NCBI GenBank assembly: GCA_027451365.1
Contig: DAIDJN010000018.1
Coordinates: 1 to 64,000, forward strand
DNA length: 64,000 nt
From: Phycisphaerales bacterium
GTDB taxonomy: Bacteria > Planctomycetota > Phycisphaerae > WQYP01
Direction: 5' to 3'
The notes beneath the pieces were generated by a model that saw only the letters and a list, made by a program, of their open reading frames with translations, made no database searches and was not told the DNA's origin. The translations under genes were made by a program, and so were the position numbers. Below are positions 18,554 through 27,703 of this stretch, piece by piece; the stretch's first letter is position 1; each line of letters starts with the position of its first letter.

Positions 18554-18580
18554 AATTATTTATGGTTAATATAAATAATT
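18554..18580. promoter_or_regulatory. AT-rich palindrome AATTATTTAT-N7-ATAAATAATT in a divergent promoter region
   Basis: Perfect 10-bp inverted repeat within an AT-rich intergenic stretch. Confidence 0.4.
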
Positions 18581-18829
18581 TGTTAATATAATTTACTTTT
18601 ACGCAATCGTAATTTGCGATCGCCTTTGGCTTTGCCTTCCGCTTCGCAAAACGGTTAAGATGCGCGTCTGTTAATTTAGCGGCGATTACGACCCGCTCTT
18701 TTAAGGTTGAACATCATGTATTTGAATTGTTTAATGGATTGGACTGCCATTTGTCTTCCATTCCGCCGCGGTCAAGGCTCGGTTAGGTTCAGCGGCAGTT
18801 TCTATCGGACTGGCACGTTGGATTGCGCC

Positions 18830-20098
18830 ATGGGTCGATTCCTGCCCCTGACGGCACTGGTGATTATTTGGACATTTGCTCAACATGCGGCCACCGCTTC
18901 AGCCGCGAACGTACCGGAACTCTCCCCGGCGTTCATGGCGGCTTTGCAGGATTTATCCTCTGACCGTTACCAGACGCGGCAAAAAGGCAATCACGAAATT
19001 CAGCAATTCTTAGCGGGCCAGATGGCCATCATGATTCAGGCGGTCGGCCCGGAAAAAGGGAATCGTGTCACCAAAATTCTCCGCTTCAATGTGGAAGTTT
19101 CCCGCTGGGCAAAGGCCGTCCTGTCGCTGCCGGTGGCGGCGCGAGCCAGAATGTTTGAGTGGGGACTTGCCGCTAAACACATCAATACCGTCGCCAAAGC
19201 GTTTTCACCTCATCCAAGTGTGCGGGCCGCGGCGGCCAAAGCCATCGCCCCCTGGACGGGCGCTAACGCGGACTGGCTTTTACTGCGACTTTTATCCGAT
19301 TCGCATCGGCTGGTCTATCTGGCGGCGATGGATGCCGTTTGGAACCGCAAACCGACACCAGCCATGGTGCAAGTGGTCTGGCTGAAAGTGATCGCCAATG
19401 GCGGTCAATTTATTCCATATAATCCGCAAGGCCGGTTTGTCATGTTCCACGGACAGAAAATTATTGTCCCGAAAACCAATAATTACTGGGTGCAGCTTCA
19501 AGACAGCGTATATGCCGAACAACTGATGGAACATTGGAACCCGCCGGAATTAACCGGCCTGTTAACCACGGTGGCCCGACACGCCGCAGAGAACCCGAAT
19601 GGACCACTGGCAAATTTATTTGCGAATCCGGGCAATACGCAGGTACTCGGATACATCCGGCTTTTCCGACTGGCCAAACCGGTGAGCGCAGTTCCCTATT
19701 TCCTGTATTTGCTGAAAACGCCGGGCAAGTTTGGCAGTCAGATGAATTTCAACAACACGCCCACCTATTGGGACAGCCACACCAATGTGGTGTATCTGTT
19801 GTCCATGACCACAGGCCAGAAGTTGACGTCGCTGGGCTTTTTCCATTCGCCCTTTTTTGGCGGGCGATGGCTTTTTCATAACAAAGGTTCCCAGGACAAG
19901 GCGATTGAAACACTCTTGAAATTCTTCAAGCAAAAACATGTGAAAGAGTGGACCCCGCCTGCGAAATCCGGTGACAATAGGAAGCCGGTGTTAACACCAG
20001 GGCCGATGCCAACCATTCCGCCGGCAGGAATTCAGCTGAAAAAGGGTGCCGCGAAAAAACTCTTAATTCGTCTTGCGCCGGTGCCGGCCGCAAGATAA
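18830..20098 (+). CDS. Exported hypothetical protein with HEAT-like repeats
   Basis: Signal peptide MGRFLPLTALVIIWTFAQHA; LQDLSSDRYQTRQ, SPHPSVRAAAAKAI and LLRLLSDSHRLVYLAAM. Confidence 0.6.
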   Translation: MGRFLPLTALVIIWTFAQHAATASAANVPELSPAFMAALQDLSSDRYQTRQKGNHEIQQFLAGQMAIMIQAVGPEKGNRVTKILRFNVEVSRWAKAVLSLPVAARARMFEWGLAAKHINTVAKAFSPHPSVRAAAAKAIAPWTGANADWLLLRLLSDSHRLVYLAAMDAVWNRKPTPAMVQVVWLKVIANGGQFIPYNPQGRFVMFHGQKIIVPKTNNYWVQLQDSVYAEQLMEHWNPPELTGLLTTVARHAAENPNGPLANLFANPGNTQVLGYIRLFRLAKPVSAVPYFLYLLKTPGKFGSQMNFNNTPTYWDSHTNVVYLLSMTTGQKLTSLGFFHSPFFGGRWLFHNKGSQDKAIETLLKFFKQKHVKEWTPPAKSGDNRKPVLTPGPMPTIPPAGIQLKKGAAKKLLIRLAPVPAAR

Positions 20099-20246
20099 GA
20101 CCGGCCCGCCCGAACCGCCGCACGCGCCACCTGGGCATTTACCGCAGCATGGGAGTCAGGGCGCCCCGTGCCACCTCGGATCTTTCGCAAAGGCCGTCGG
20201 CAAGCTATCTTAATTTTATTGACAATGTTATTTACGTGAGGATTGC

Positions 20247-21065
20247 ATGGCGGTCATAAAAATCGGTTCAGTCAATTGGAATGCCGGACATGACTTTTTG
20301 CTGATTGCCGGACCATGCGTGATTGAAAGCCTGTCGGTCTGTCTGACCATCGGCGAAAAGACAGCCGCGGTGTGCGCCCGCCATAAAATTCCCTACATTT
20401 TCAAAGCCAGCTTTGACAAGGCCAATCGATCCAGCAAGTCGAGTTTCCGCGGCCACGGCATGGATGAAGGCCTGCGTGTGCTGGAACAAATCCGCGAGAA
20501 GCTTGGCGTACCCGTCACCACCGATGTACATGAAAGCTCACAAGCCGCCGCCGTTGGAAGCGCAGTGGACATGTTGCAGATTCCCGCATTCCTGTGTCGG
20601 CAAACCGACCTGCTGGTTTCCTGCGGTCAAACCGGCAAGCCTGTGAATGTGAAAAAAGGCCAGTTTATGGCCCCATGGGAAATGGGCAACGCGGTGGAAA
20701 AGGTTCGTTCCACCGGAAATCCGGGCGTGCTGCTGACCGAACGTGGCACATTTTTTGGCTACAACCGTCTGGTCAACGACATGACCGGCATTCCCCAAAT
20801 GCAGGCGCTGGGCGCGCCGGTTCTCATGGATGCCACCCATTCCACACAACTGCCCGGCGGCTTAGGAACCGCCACGGGCGGACAGCGCCAATTTGTCGGT
20901 TTGCTGGCCGGTGCGGCCACCGCGGCAGGTGCCGATGGCCTGTTTGTGGAAGTACACCCCGAACCGGAAAAAAGTCCATCCGATGCCGCCACCATTCTGG
21001 CGCTGGATCAATTGGAAAGTCTGTTAAAAAAATGTCTGGCGATTCGTGCCGCCGTTACAGGATAA
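20247..21065 (+). CDS. kdsA: 3-deoxy-8-phosphooctulonate (KDO8P) synthase
   Basis: IAGPCVIES, FKASFDKANRSS, QIPAFLCRQTDLL, NVKKGQF and DATHSTQLPG. Confidence 0.97.
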   Translation: MAVIKIGSVNWNAGHDFLLIAGPCVIESLSVCLTIGEKTAAVCARHKIPYIFKASFDKANRSSKSSFRGHGMDEGLRVLEQIREKLGVPVTTDVHESSQAAAVGSAVDMLQIPAFLCRQTDLLVSCGQTGKPVNVKKGQFMAPWEMGNAVEKVRSTGNPGVLLTERGTFFGYNRLVNDMTGIPQMQALGAPVLMDATHSTQLPGGLGTATGGQRQFVGLLAGAATAAGADGLFVEVHPEPEKSPSDAATILALDQLESLLKKCLAIRAAVTG

Positions 21066-21143
21066 TAGCTGATTGCAAAATTGCGGCCCAAACCGTCGGC
21101 ACCGGCCATTTGAGCCGGCGTTCAGGTGCAGCGGTCGGGCTTT

Positions 21144-22355
21144 CTACAACCACCAGCGGAGGCAATAGGCGAGAAAATCGACGATTCGCTGCCAGGTGGA
21201 TCGGCGGGCGAGATATTGCGCGGTGATCCGGCGACTGTGGCGCATCTCATATCCGCAAATACGGCAGGCCGCGCGTGCAAAACGGCGCGAACGGATCACC
21301 GCCAGAAATTCCAGATTAATCCAGAGACTGCGCGGGTCCATATTAGAGGACCCGACCACTGACCACTGGCGGTCCACCACCAGCAGTTTGGTGTGCATCA
21401 CCCGATTGTCACGTTCAAAAAGGCGGATGCCGGCCCGCAACAGCCTTTTGTACAGGTGCCGCGCGGCATATTGCGCCACCAGAACATCGGTTCTAGCCGG
21501 CAGAATAACACTCATCCGAACCCCGCGGCGCCGCGCGGCCAGCAGTTGCCCCATCACCCGGCCCACGGGAATAAAATAGGCCATAGCGATAACTATATTC
21601 TTGCGGGCACCCCGCAATACATGGCGGTATACACGCGGACCGCGACTGAATTTCAGCCCCGGACCGCTGTCAAAAAAATGAATGGAATCTTCGCCATCCA
21701 CGAGTTTCACCCGGCGATAACGTTTCGGCCGGCGCGACAAATGTTCGCGCTTGGCGTGTCGCCAGGAACGTTCGAAACTCCCCGCCACCTCGGCTTGTTG
21801 CGGGCCAACCAACCGTATATGCAGATCGCGCCAGCCGGTGGTCGGGGCATGCTGTTCATCCACATTCAGAAAACGCAAATCACGGCCGTGGTCCACAATA
21901 TTCATGCCGCCAAAGTACGCCGACCGTTCATCGACAATCAGCAGTTTGCGGTGGTCGCGCCGGTTGAAGATGGTGAAAAAAGAAAATCGCCGCAAGGCTT
22001 CCCACACGCTGTGATAGGCATGCACCTTCACGCCGGCGGCGGCCATTTCGGCGAAAAATTCCGCTCCCGTGCGCTGGCTGCCCACCGCATCAAACAGCAG
22101 CCGCACATCCAGGCCGTCGCGGGCCCGTTGCATCAGGGCCGCGGCAATGGTGCGGCCGCTCTGGTCATTGGCAAAAATATAGGTTTCCAGCCAGATGCAA
22201 TGTCGGGCAGAATGAATATCATCCAGCATGGCCGTAAACAGCCGCGGGGCTTCAGTAAAAAGCGTCAATGTGTGACCAGCCACATTCACCGTGGTGCCAT
22301 CGGAGTTGTCGCTCGGCGGCGGCGAATGAATTGGTTGCGGTATTTGGGCATCCAT
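21144..22355 (-). CDS. Cardiolipin synthase-like phospholipase D (ClsB-like)
   Basis: Two HKD motifs (DHRKLLIVD and MHTKLLVVD...GSSNMDPRS); WRDLH. Confidence 0.9.
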   Translation of the reverse strand: MDAQIPQPIHSPPPSDNSDGTTVNVAGHTLTLFTEAPRLFTAMLDDIHSARHCIWLETYIFANDQSGRTIAAALMQRARDGLDVRLLFDAVGSQRTGAEFFAEMAAAGVKVHAYHSVWEALRRFSFFTIFNRRDHRKLLIVDERSAYFGGMNIVDHGRDLRFLNVDEQHAPTTGWRDLHIRLVGPQQAEVAGSFERSWRHAKREHLSRRPKRYRRVKLVDGEDSIHFFDSGPGLKFSRGPRVYRHVLRGARKNIVIAMAYFIPVGRVMGQLLAARRRGVRMSVILPARTDVLVAQYAARHLYKRLLRAGIRLFERDNRVMHTKLLVVDRQWSVVGSSNMDPRSLWINLEFLAVIRSRRFARAACRICGYEMRHSRRITAQYLARRSTWQRIVDFLAYCLRWWL

Positions 22356-22393
22356 ACGTTCACCCCGCCGGCCAGCACGCGGACTCGGGCGCA

Positions 22394-22759
22394 TCAGCGT
22401 GAGCAATCCACCGGCTTGTGCACACTGGCCGGAACCATACAGATGAATTTAAAATCGGCATCCGATCGGTTCTGAAACTGATGCATCTCATTGGCCGGCA
22501 CATAGACCACATCGCCCGGATTCAAAACAGTTTCTCCGCCGGGACCAATCGCCACGCCCTTCCCGGCCAGCACAAGAACTTCATGTTCATAATTATGCTG
22601 ATGATGCGGTGTGTGGCCGCCCGGTGCCACCGTGAATTTTCGCATAGCAAAATTCGGGCAGTTTTCCGCAGGCCCCAGCAGCATCTGCATACGCACGTCG
22701 GCGGCTCCGGGCATTGTGACCGGGGCGGAATCTATCTGCGATTCACGTTTTACAATCAT
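22394..22759 (-). CDS. Cupin domain protein
   Basis: FAMRKFTVAPGGHTPHHQHNYEHEVLVLAG...PGDVVYVPANEMHQF. Confidence 0.9.
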   Translation of the reverse strand: MIVKRESQIDSAPVTMPGAADVRMQMLLGPAENCPNFAMRKFTVAPGGHTPHHQHNYEHEVLVLAGKGVAIGPGGETVLNPGDVVYVPANEMHQFQNRSDADFKFICMVPASVHKPVDCSR

Positions 22760-22797
22760 GTAAGCTTCTCCTGTCGGTGGCGGCCGACACCATCGGT

Positions 22798-23268
22798 TTA
22801 TTGTGGCTTGCCGCTGTCCATATCATACACCCAGGCGGCGGATGCAATCCCGTCATTCTGAATTTCACCGGGCGTGAAAAACCGTTTGATTTCCGCCGCC
22901 GCGGCTTCCGGAGAATCGCTGCCATGAATCAGATTAAAACTGCTGGAAAGCCCGAAATCTCCGCGAATGGTACCCGGTTCGGCCTTAAACCCGAATGTGG
23001 CACCCATCAATTTTCGACACACTTCAATTGCATTGTTCCCCTGAAGCACCAGCAGCACCACAGGGCCACTGGTCATAAATTTCACCAGCGAAGGATAAAA
23101 TGGCCTGCTCTGGTGCATGGCATAATGATCGGCGGCCAGCGCCGGCGTAAGCCGCGTGAGTTTCATGGCCGCAATTTGCAGCCCCTTGGCTTCCAGCCGT
23201 GAAATAATGGTTCCGACGAGTCCGCGCCCCACCGCGTCGGGCTTGAGAATAATGAGTGTGCGTTCCAT
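22798..23268 (-). CDS. ndk: Nucleoside-diphosphate kinase
   Basis: MERTLIILKPDAV, PGTIRGDF and NLIHGSDS; GGAGA SD. Confidence 0.97.
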   Translation of the reverse strand: MERTLIILKPDAVGRGLVGTIISRLEAKGLQIAAMKLTRLTPALAADHYAMHQSRPFYPSLVKFMTSGPVVLLVLQGNNAIEVCRKLMGATFGFKAEPGTIRGDFGLSSSFNLIHGSDSPEAAAAEIKRFFTPGEIQNDGIASAAWVYDMDSGKPQ

Positions 23269-23564
23269 TCTGTTTTCTCCGCTGCAAAATTTAGTCAGAC
23301 CGGCCGTCACCAGTCTTTCGTTTGAATAATGTTACAAGAAAAATATCTTCCCGAACAGCGGAATTCGCGAGGCCTGGGGCAAATATCCAGCCCCGGCGCT
23401 GTGGACGCCCGTCAGTGGCGGCGGCAATGCCAGGCCTTTATCCCATAAATCGCGGCCCTTGGCCGACAAATATCGGCCTTAAAACGGGGACAGGTCAAAT
23501 GACAAAGCTGCAGTCTTAAATTTGAAATGGGCATTCACGTTCTGACCTGGTTTTCCAAGTCGAA

Positions 23565-24287
23565 TTAGGGAATCGAACTATCCACACTGCTGTTGGTCAA
23601 ATGCACACCTTTGATCAGTTTCCGCCAGTTCACAACCGGCAAAACCCTTGTCATGTGCGCGGCCGCCTGTTGAATAGCCGGCGTAACTTTCAAATGAACG
23701 GCTTTCACGTAAACAATTCCGCCGAGTTTTTCGCCCAGCTTTCCCTCTATGCGTTTGTACATCAGCAGGTTGTAACGGTGGTGCGCGGTGCGGACATACA
23801 GTGGCGCAATCAGCGTTCCGGTGACCGTCTTTCCATTCACCATGGTAAAGCGGTATGCAAAACTGATCCGCGGCTTGGTCAAGCCGGAATAGACTTTTAT
23901 ATCGCTTCCCTCCTGCTGCCATCGCCACTGGCGGATCAGATGGGCACGAATAATGTTAACATGGATCGACTTGATCAACCGTATATCCATATCGCGGTAT
24001 TGTTTAATGTTATCGAGCCAGACCCGGAACGGCGTGCGCAGCGTTGTCCAGATTTTTCCGGTGAGTACCCGCCCGTCACTTAATTCCACTGTTCCCTGGC
24101 GCACGCCCAGCGCCAGTCCTTCGTGCGCATGGGCAAACGGATTGGCCTGGGCCGGCGCGAATTTCGTGCCCGGGGACTTGGCGTTCTGCGCATTGTTGAG
24201 CAGTGAATTCAGGCTTTGGCCGTTCACCCGACCGCAAGCGACAACACAGGCCAGCACCAGCAGGCAGCCGCACAGCCGCCCCATCAT
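23565..24287 (-). CDS. Exported hypothetical protein; start uncertain
   Basis: Long ORF with a hydrophobic N-terminus (LCGCLLVLACVVACG) and GTVELSDGRVLTGKI; divergent from tilS. Confidence 0.55.
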   Translation of the reverse strand: MMGRLCGCLLVLACVVACGRVNGQSLNSLLNNAQNAKSPGTKFAPAQANPFAHAHEGLALGVRQGTVELSDGRVLTGKIWTTLRTPFRVWLDNIKQYRDMDIRLIKSIHVNIIRAHLIRQWRWQQEGSDIKVYSGLTKPRISFAYRFTMVNGKTVTGTLIAPLYVRTAHHRYNLLMYKRIEGKLGEKLGGIVYVKAVHLKVTPAIQQAAAHMTRVLPVVNWRKLIKGVHLTNSSVDSSIP

Positions 24288-24375
24288 GCGACCGCACGTG
24301 ATGGGCCGGGCAGCCCGTCGTGGCAGCGGAGCGGATTTCCCGTTACACTTCCTGCTGTACATCATGGATACCATT

Positions 24376-25530
24376 ATGCCCGCTCCCACCGGTCTAATTC
24401 AACAGCTCGACCAGTTTCTACATAAAAATGCTCTGCTTGCGCCGCGGAGCCGTATTCTGGTTGCCTGCTCGGGCGGGGCGGACTCCATGGCGCTTCTGCA
24501 TCTGCTTTGCTGCGTGAATCAATCCAGATTCTGGAAATGGAAACTCATTATCGGCCACGTCAATCATGGCTTGCGGGGCCGCGAAAGCCGTGCCGATGAG
24601 GCCCTTGTGCGACAAACGGCAAAGACCCTGGGCCTGCCGCTGGAACTGCGACGTTTAACATGGCCACGGCACCCGCGCACAACCGGGAATCGGCAACCGC
24701 AAATCAGTGAAAATGCCGCCCGCACGGCGCGTCTGGCCGCTCTTCAAGCCATGGCCCGGAAACGCCGCTGCACTGTCGTGGCCATGGCCCATCACGCCGA
24801 TGACCAGGCGGAAACCGTCCTGCTTCGCCTGTTGCGCGGTGCCGGCACCGGCGGTCTGTCCGGCATCCGGCCATGTCGCCGTCTTGGAACGCTTCATTTG
24901 GTTCGTCCGCTGCTCGGCTGGTCGCGCGCCGCATTGCGCCACTGGCTCCAAAGCCAGAATCATTCCTGGCGCGAGGACAAAAGCAATCAGAACGCACGGT
25001 TCTTGCGCAATCGAATACGATTGGAACTTCTTCCCCTGCTGGAAAGCTATCAGCCGGGAATTCGCAAAGTGCTGGTGAACATGGCCGCCCGCCAGCGCAG
25101 CACACACAGCTTCCTGATGCGGCATAGCCGCCACCTGTTGCGGCGCTGTCTGCTGCGGAAAACATCGCGAGCGTGGGATCTCGACGCCCGCCGACTGCTT
25201 GCGGCATCTGGGGATGCTGCGGCCATGGTATTGCGGAGCGGCATTGCCGCACTGGGCGGAAAAAAAGATCGAATCTCCGGCACCATACTGACCGAATTGC
25301 TGGATCAGTTGCGCCAGACGCCGCACCCGGTTCGTCGGCAATTTTCCGGCCCTGTGAATATTGAATCGCGTCGTGGCATCGTGCGCATCTCCCGTGGCGG
25401 TCCACCAGCACCAAACCGACAGAAATCCGTCCGGTCGGCTGCGTCCGGCCAACCAAAGTCTGACGGGAAACCCGGTAAAAAGCCCCGGCGTGCTCCAACT
25501 CGCCGCATAACCCGAAAGGCTACAGCATGA
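24376..25530 (+). CDS. tilS: tRNA(Ile)-lysidine synthetase
   Basis: VACSGGADSMALL, HVNHGLRG, AHHADDQAETVLLRLLRG and EDKSN...RNRIR. Confidence 0.95.
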   Translation: MPAPTGLIQQLDQFLHKNALLAPRSRILVACSGGADSMALLHLLCCVNQSRFWKWKLIIGHVNHGLRGRESRADEALVRQTAKTLGLPLELRRLTWPRHPRTTGNRQPQISENAARTARLAALQAMARKRRCTVVAMAHHADDQAETVLLRLLRGAGTGGLSGIRPCRRLGTLHLVRPLLGWSRAALRHWLQSQNHSWREDKSNQNARFLRNRIRLELLPLLESYQPGIRKVLVNMAARQRSTHSFLMRHSRHLLRRCLLRKTSRAWDLDARRLLAASGDAAAMVLRSGIAALGGKKDRISGTILTELLDQLRQTPHPVRRQFSGPVNIESRRGIVRISRGGPPAPNRQKSVRSAASGQPKSDGKPGKKPRRAPTRRITRKATA

Positions 25531-26792
25531 AAAGCCGGCTCTCCCGAATGTGGCAATCTCTGGAACGGTGTTGCGCCGACCGGAAATTCGTTATATCGGC
25601 GTTGGCAATTATTTTTTTTGTGGGATTGGGGTTGCGGGCGGCATTGGCATGGCTGCATCCCATGCTGTTGCCTGACTCTATTGATTATCTTGCCCTGGCC
25701 CATCGCATCCTGCATGGCCAGAGTTATCGTGTGACCGGCATGTACGCCAAACGTATGCCCGGCTATCCGGTTTTTCTGGCGGCGGTCGGCCTGGCGGGCG
25801 GGTTGAATATACATCTGGTCCTGCTGATTCAGGCGGTTTTTGGAGCACTGGTATCGGTGGTCGTATTCGCCATCAGCCGGCCAATAGGGACCGCCGCCGG
25901 ACTTCTGGCCGCTCTGTTGACCGCTGTGGATCCGCTTTGTGTCGGCTTTTCGGCAGCGGTCCTGACGGAAATTCCTTTCATGCTGCTGTTTGTTCTGGCA
26001 CTTTGGCTTCTGATTCAATTGCTAAGCCAACCGGGAAGCGCGTGGCGGTGGATATTGTTTTCGATCTGTTTTGCCACTGGCGTATATGTTCGAGCGGAAG
26101 TGGCCCTGTGCATTTTTCCTTTACTGGGCTGGCTTATATGGATGAATCGTCGTTCACCACATTTGCGCCACGCGGTGGGCGGCACCATTGCATCCCTGGC
26201 AATCATAACGCTTATTCTGCTGCCCTGGTGGCTGCGGAACTACCGCCTGTTTCACCATGATTTTTTTCGCTTCACCACCCTTCAGGGAATCAGCCTTTAC
26301 GAATCCGTGTACAGCGGCGCCACCGGCGGACCGCGGCAGTCGGATATTGTTCGGCCGCCCGCCATTCAAAATCTGCCCGAAGGTCAGCGGGATGCCGCCT
26401 GGACGCGCCGCGCTTTTGCCGATGTATTTGATCACCCGTTTCGCATGGTCCGGCTGGGCTTTGTCAAAATCGGCCGCACCTGGTCGCCCTGGCTGCATGC
26501 CCGCGGATATTCGCGGCCCTGGCTCAACGCCCTTTTGTGTGTTTGGTATGTCCCCTTATTTCTTCTGGCGTTGGCCGGCCTGCCGATCTTGCGCGCCTGG
26601 CGCGGCCCGGCGGGCATACTGCTGATCGGCATCCTGTATTTTACGGCTATGCACGCGGTGTTCCTGGGATCTGTGCGCTATCGCGTGCCGGTCATGCCGC
26701 TGGTGTGCATATTTGCCGCCGCGGCTCCCGCCATCTGGCTGGGCCACAAAGCATCGAATTCCCCCGCCCAGAAGCATCCGACGACACCATAA
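25527..26792 (+). CDS. GT-C fold membrane glycosyltransferase (PMT/ArnT-like)
   Basis: Multi-TM protein; PDSIDY, RMPGYPVFLA, VLTE, PWWLRNY and RYRVPVMP. Confidence 0.75.
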   Translation: MKSRLSRMWQSLERCCADRKFVISALAIIFFVGLGLRAALAWLHPMLLPDSIDYLALAHRILHGQSYRVTGMYAKRMPGYPVFLAAVGLAGGLNIHLVLLIQAVFGALVSVVVFAISRPIGTAAGLLAALLTAVDPLCVGFSAAVLTEIPFMLLFVLALWLLIQLLSQPGSAWRWILFSICFATGVYVRAEVALCIFPLLGWLIWMNRRSPHLRHAVGGTIASLAIITLILLPWWLRNYRLFHHDFFRFTTLQGISLYESVYSGATGGPRQSDIVRPPAIQNLPEGQRDAAWTRRAFADVFDHPFRMVRLGFVKIGRTWSPWLHARGYSRPWLNALLCVWYVPLFLLALAGLPILRAWRGPAGILLIGILYFTAMHAVFLGSVRYRVPVMPLVCIFAAAAPAIWLGHKASNSPAQKHPTTP

Positions 26793-26865
26793 ATATTATA
26801 TATCTACTTTATTATATATATTGAATTATTTATAACCATTTACGCTGTCCGAAAAGTCCGCCGTG

Positions 26866-27630
26866 TTACAGATTCTTCAAAGACGCATCCACCGGCAATT
26901 CCAGGCGGAAGTTGGTGCCGCGGCCCGGCTCGCTGGTGACGAGCACATGCCCCTGATGCTCTTCAATAATCCGGCGGGTCGTGGCCAAACCCAGGCCTGT
27001 GCCTCCCTTTTTCGTGGTAAAATAGGCTTCAAACAGATGCGGCATGACCTGCGGGCTTATTCCGACGCCTGTATCGGAAATATCCACAAACACATTGACA
27101 CGATTCAGATGGGTGCGGATGATCAGATCCCCGCCGCCGGGCATCGCCTGAAGCGCATTGAGCAGCAGGTTCAGCAGGGCCTGTTTGAACAAATTGCAAT
27201 CCAGCCGAAGGAGCGGATTTTCAGCGCAGAGGCTGGCATGTAGGCGAACACCCGCCGCGTGCGCCTGGGGCTGAAAAAAGTCCACCATTTCCTGAACCAC
27301 CCGATTGATATGCGTCGGCACCAGATGCAATTCCAGTCGACCGGCAAAGCGTAAAAAATCGTCGATTGTTTCGGCCAGCCTGTCCACTTCCTTGCGCAAA
27401 GTGGCGGTGCGGGCGCGGCTGGTCTCAAGACCGGGTTTTCCGGACAAATCTTCCTGCAGCAACTGCAGATTCAGTTTCACGGTGGAAAGCGGATTTTTAA
27501 GCTCGTGCGCCAGACCACCGGCCAGTTCGCCCAGCGCGGCCAGTTGATGCAGTCGCGCCAGCCGCTCATGCTCGCGCGCGTCGGATGCGGACGGGGATGT
27601 GTTCTTCGGCTGTGGGGGCTGGTCGTGCAT
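26866..27630 (-). CDS. Histidine kinase (HisKA + HATPase only; no sensor domain)
   Basis: LAHELKNPL, NLLLNALQAM, DTGVGI, FTTKKGGTGLGL. Confidence 0.9.
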   Translation of the reverse strand: MHDQPPQPKNTSPSASDAREHERLARLHQLAALGELAGGLAHELKNPLSTVKLNLQLLQEDLSGKPGLETSRARTATLRKEVDRLAETIDDFLRFAGRLELHLVPTHINRVVQEMVDFFQPQAHAAGVRLHASLCAENPLLRLDCNLFKQALLNLLLNALQAMPGGGDLIIRTHLNRVNVFVDISDTGVGISPQVMPHLFEAYFTTKKGGTGLGLATTRRIIEEHQGHVLVTSEPGRGTNFRLELPVDASLKNL

Positions 27631-27703
27631 TCAAACCAAGTATAAAGTCGGAATTCCCCCGGCGGCAACCGAAAGGCCGTCATCTGCAGGCGATCCCGGG
27701 TGG

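Noticed and set aside
18811..18826. Sigma54 promoter TGGCACG...TTGC
   Set aside because: GG-GC spacing is 11 nt rather than 10, and the motif ends only 3 nt before the likely start codon.
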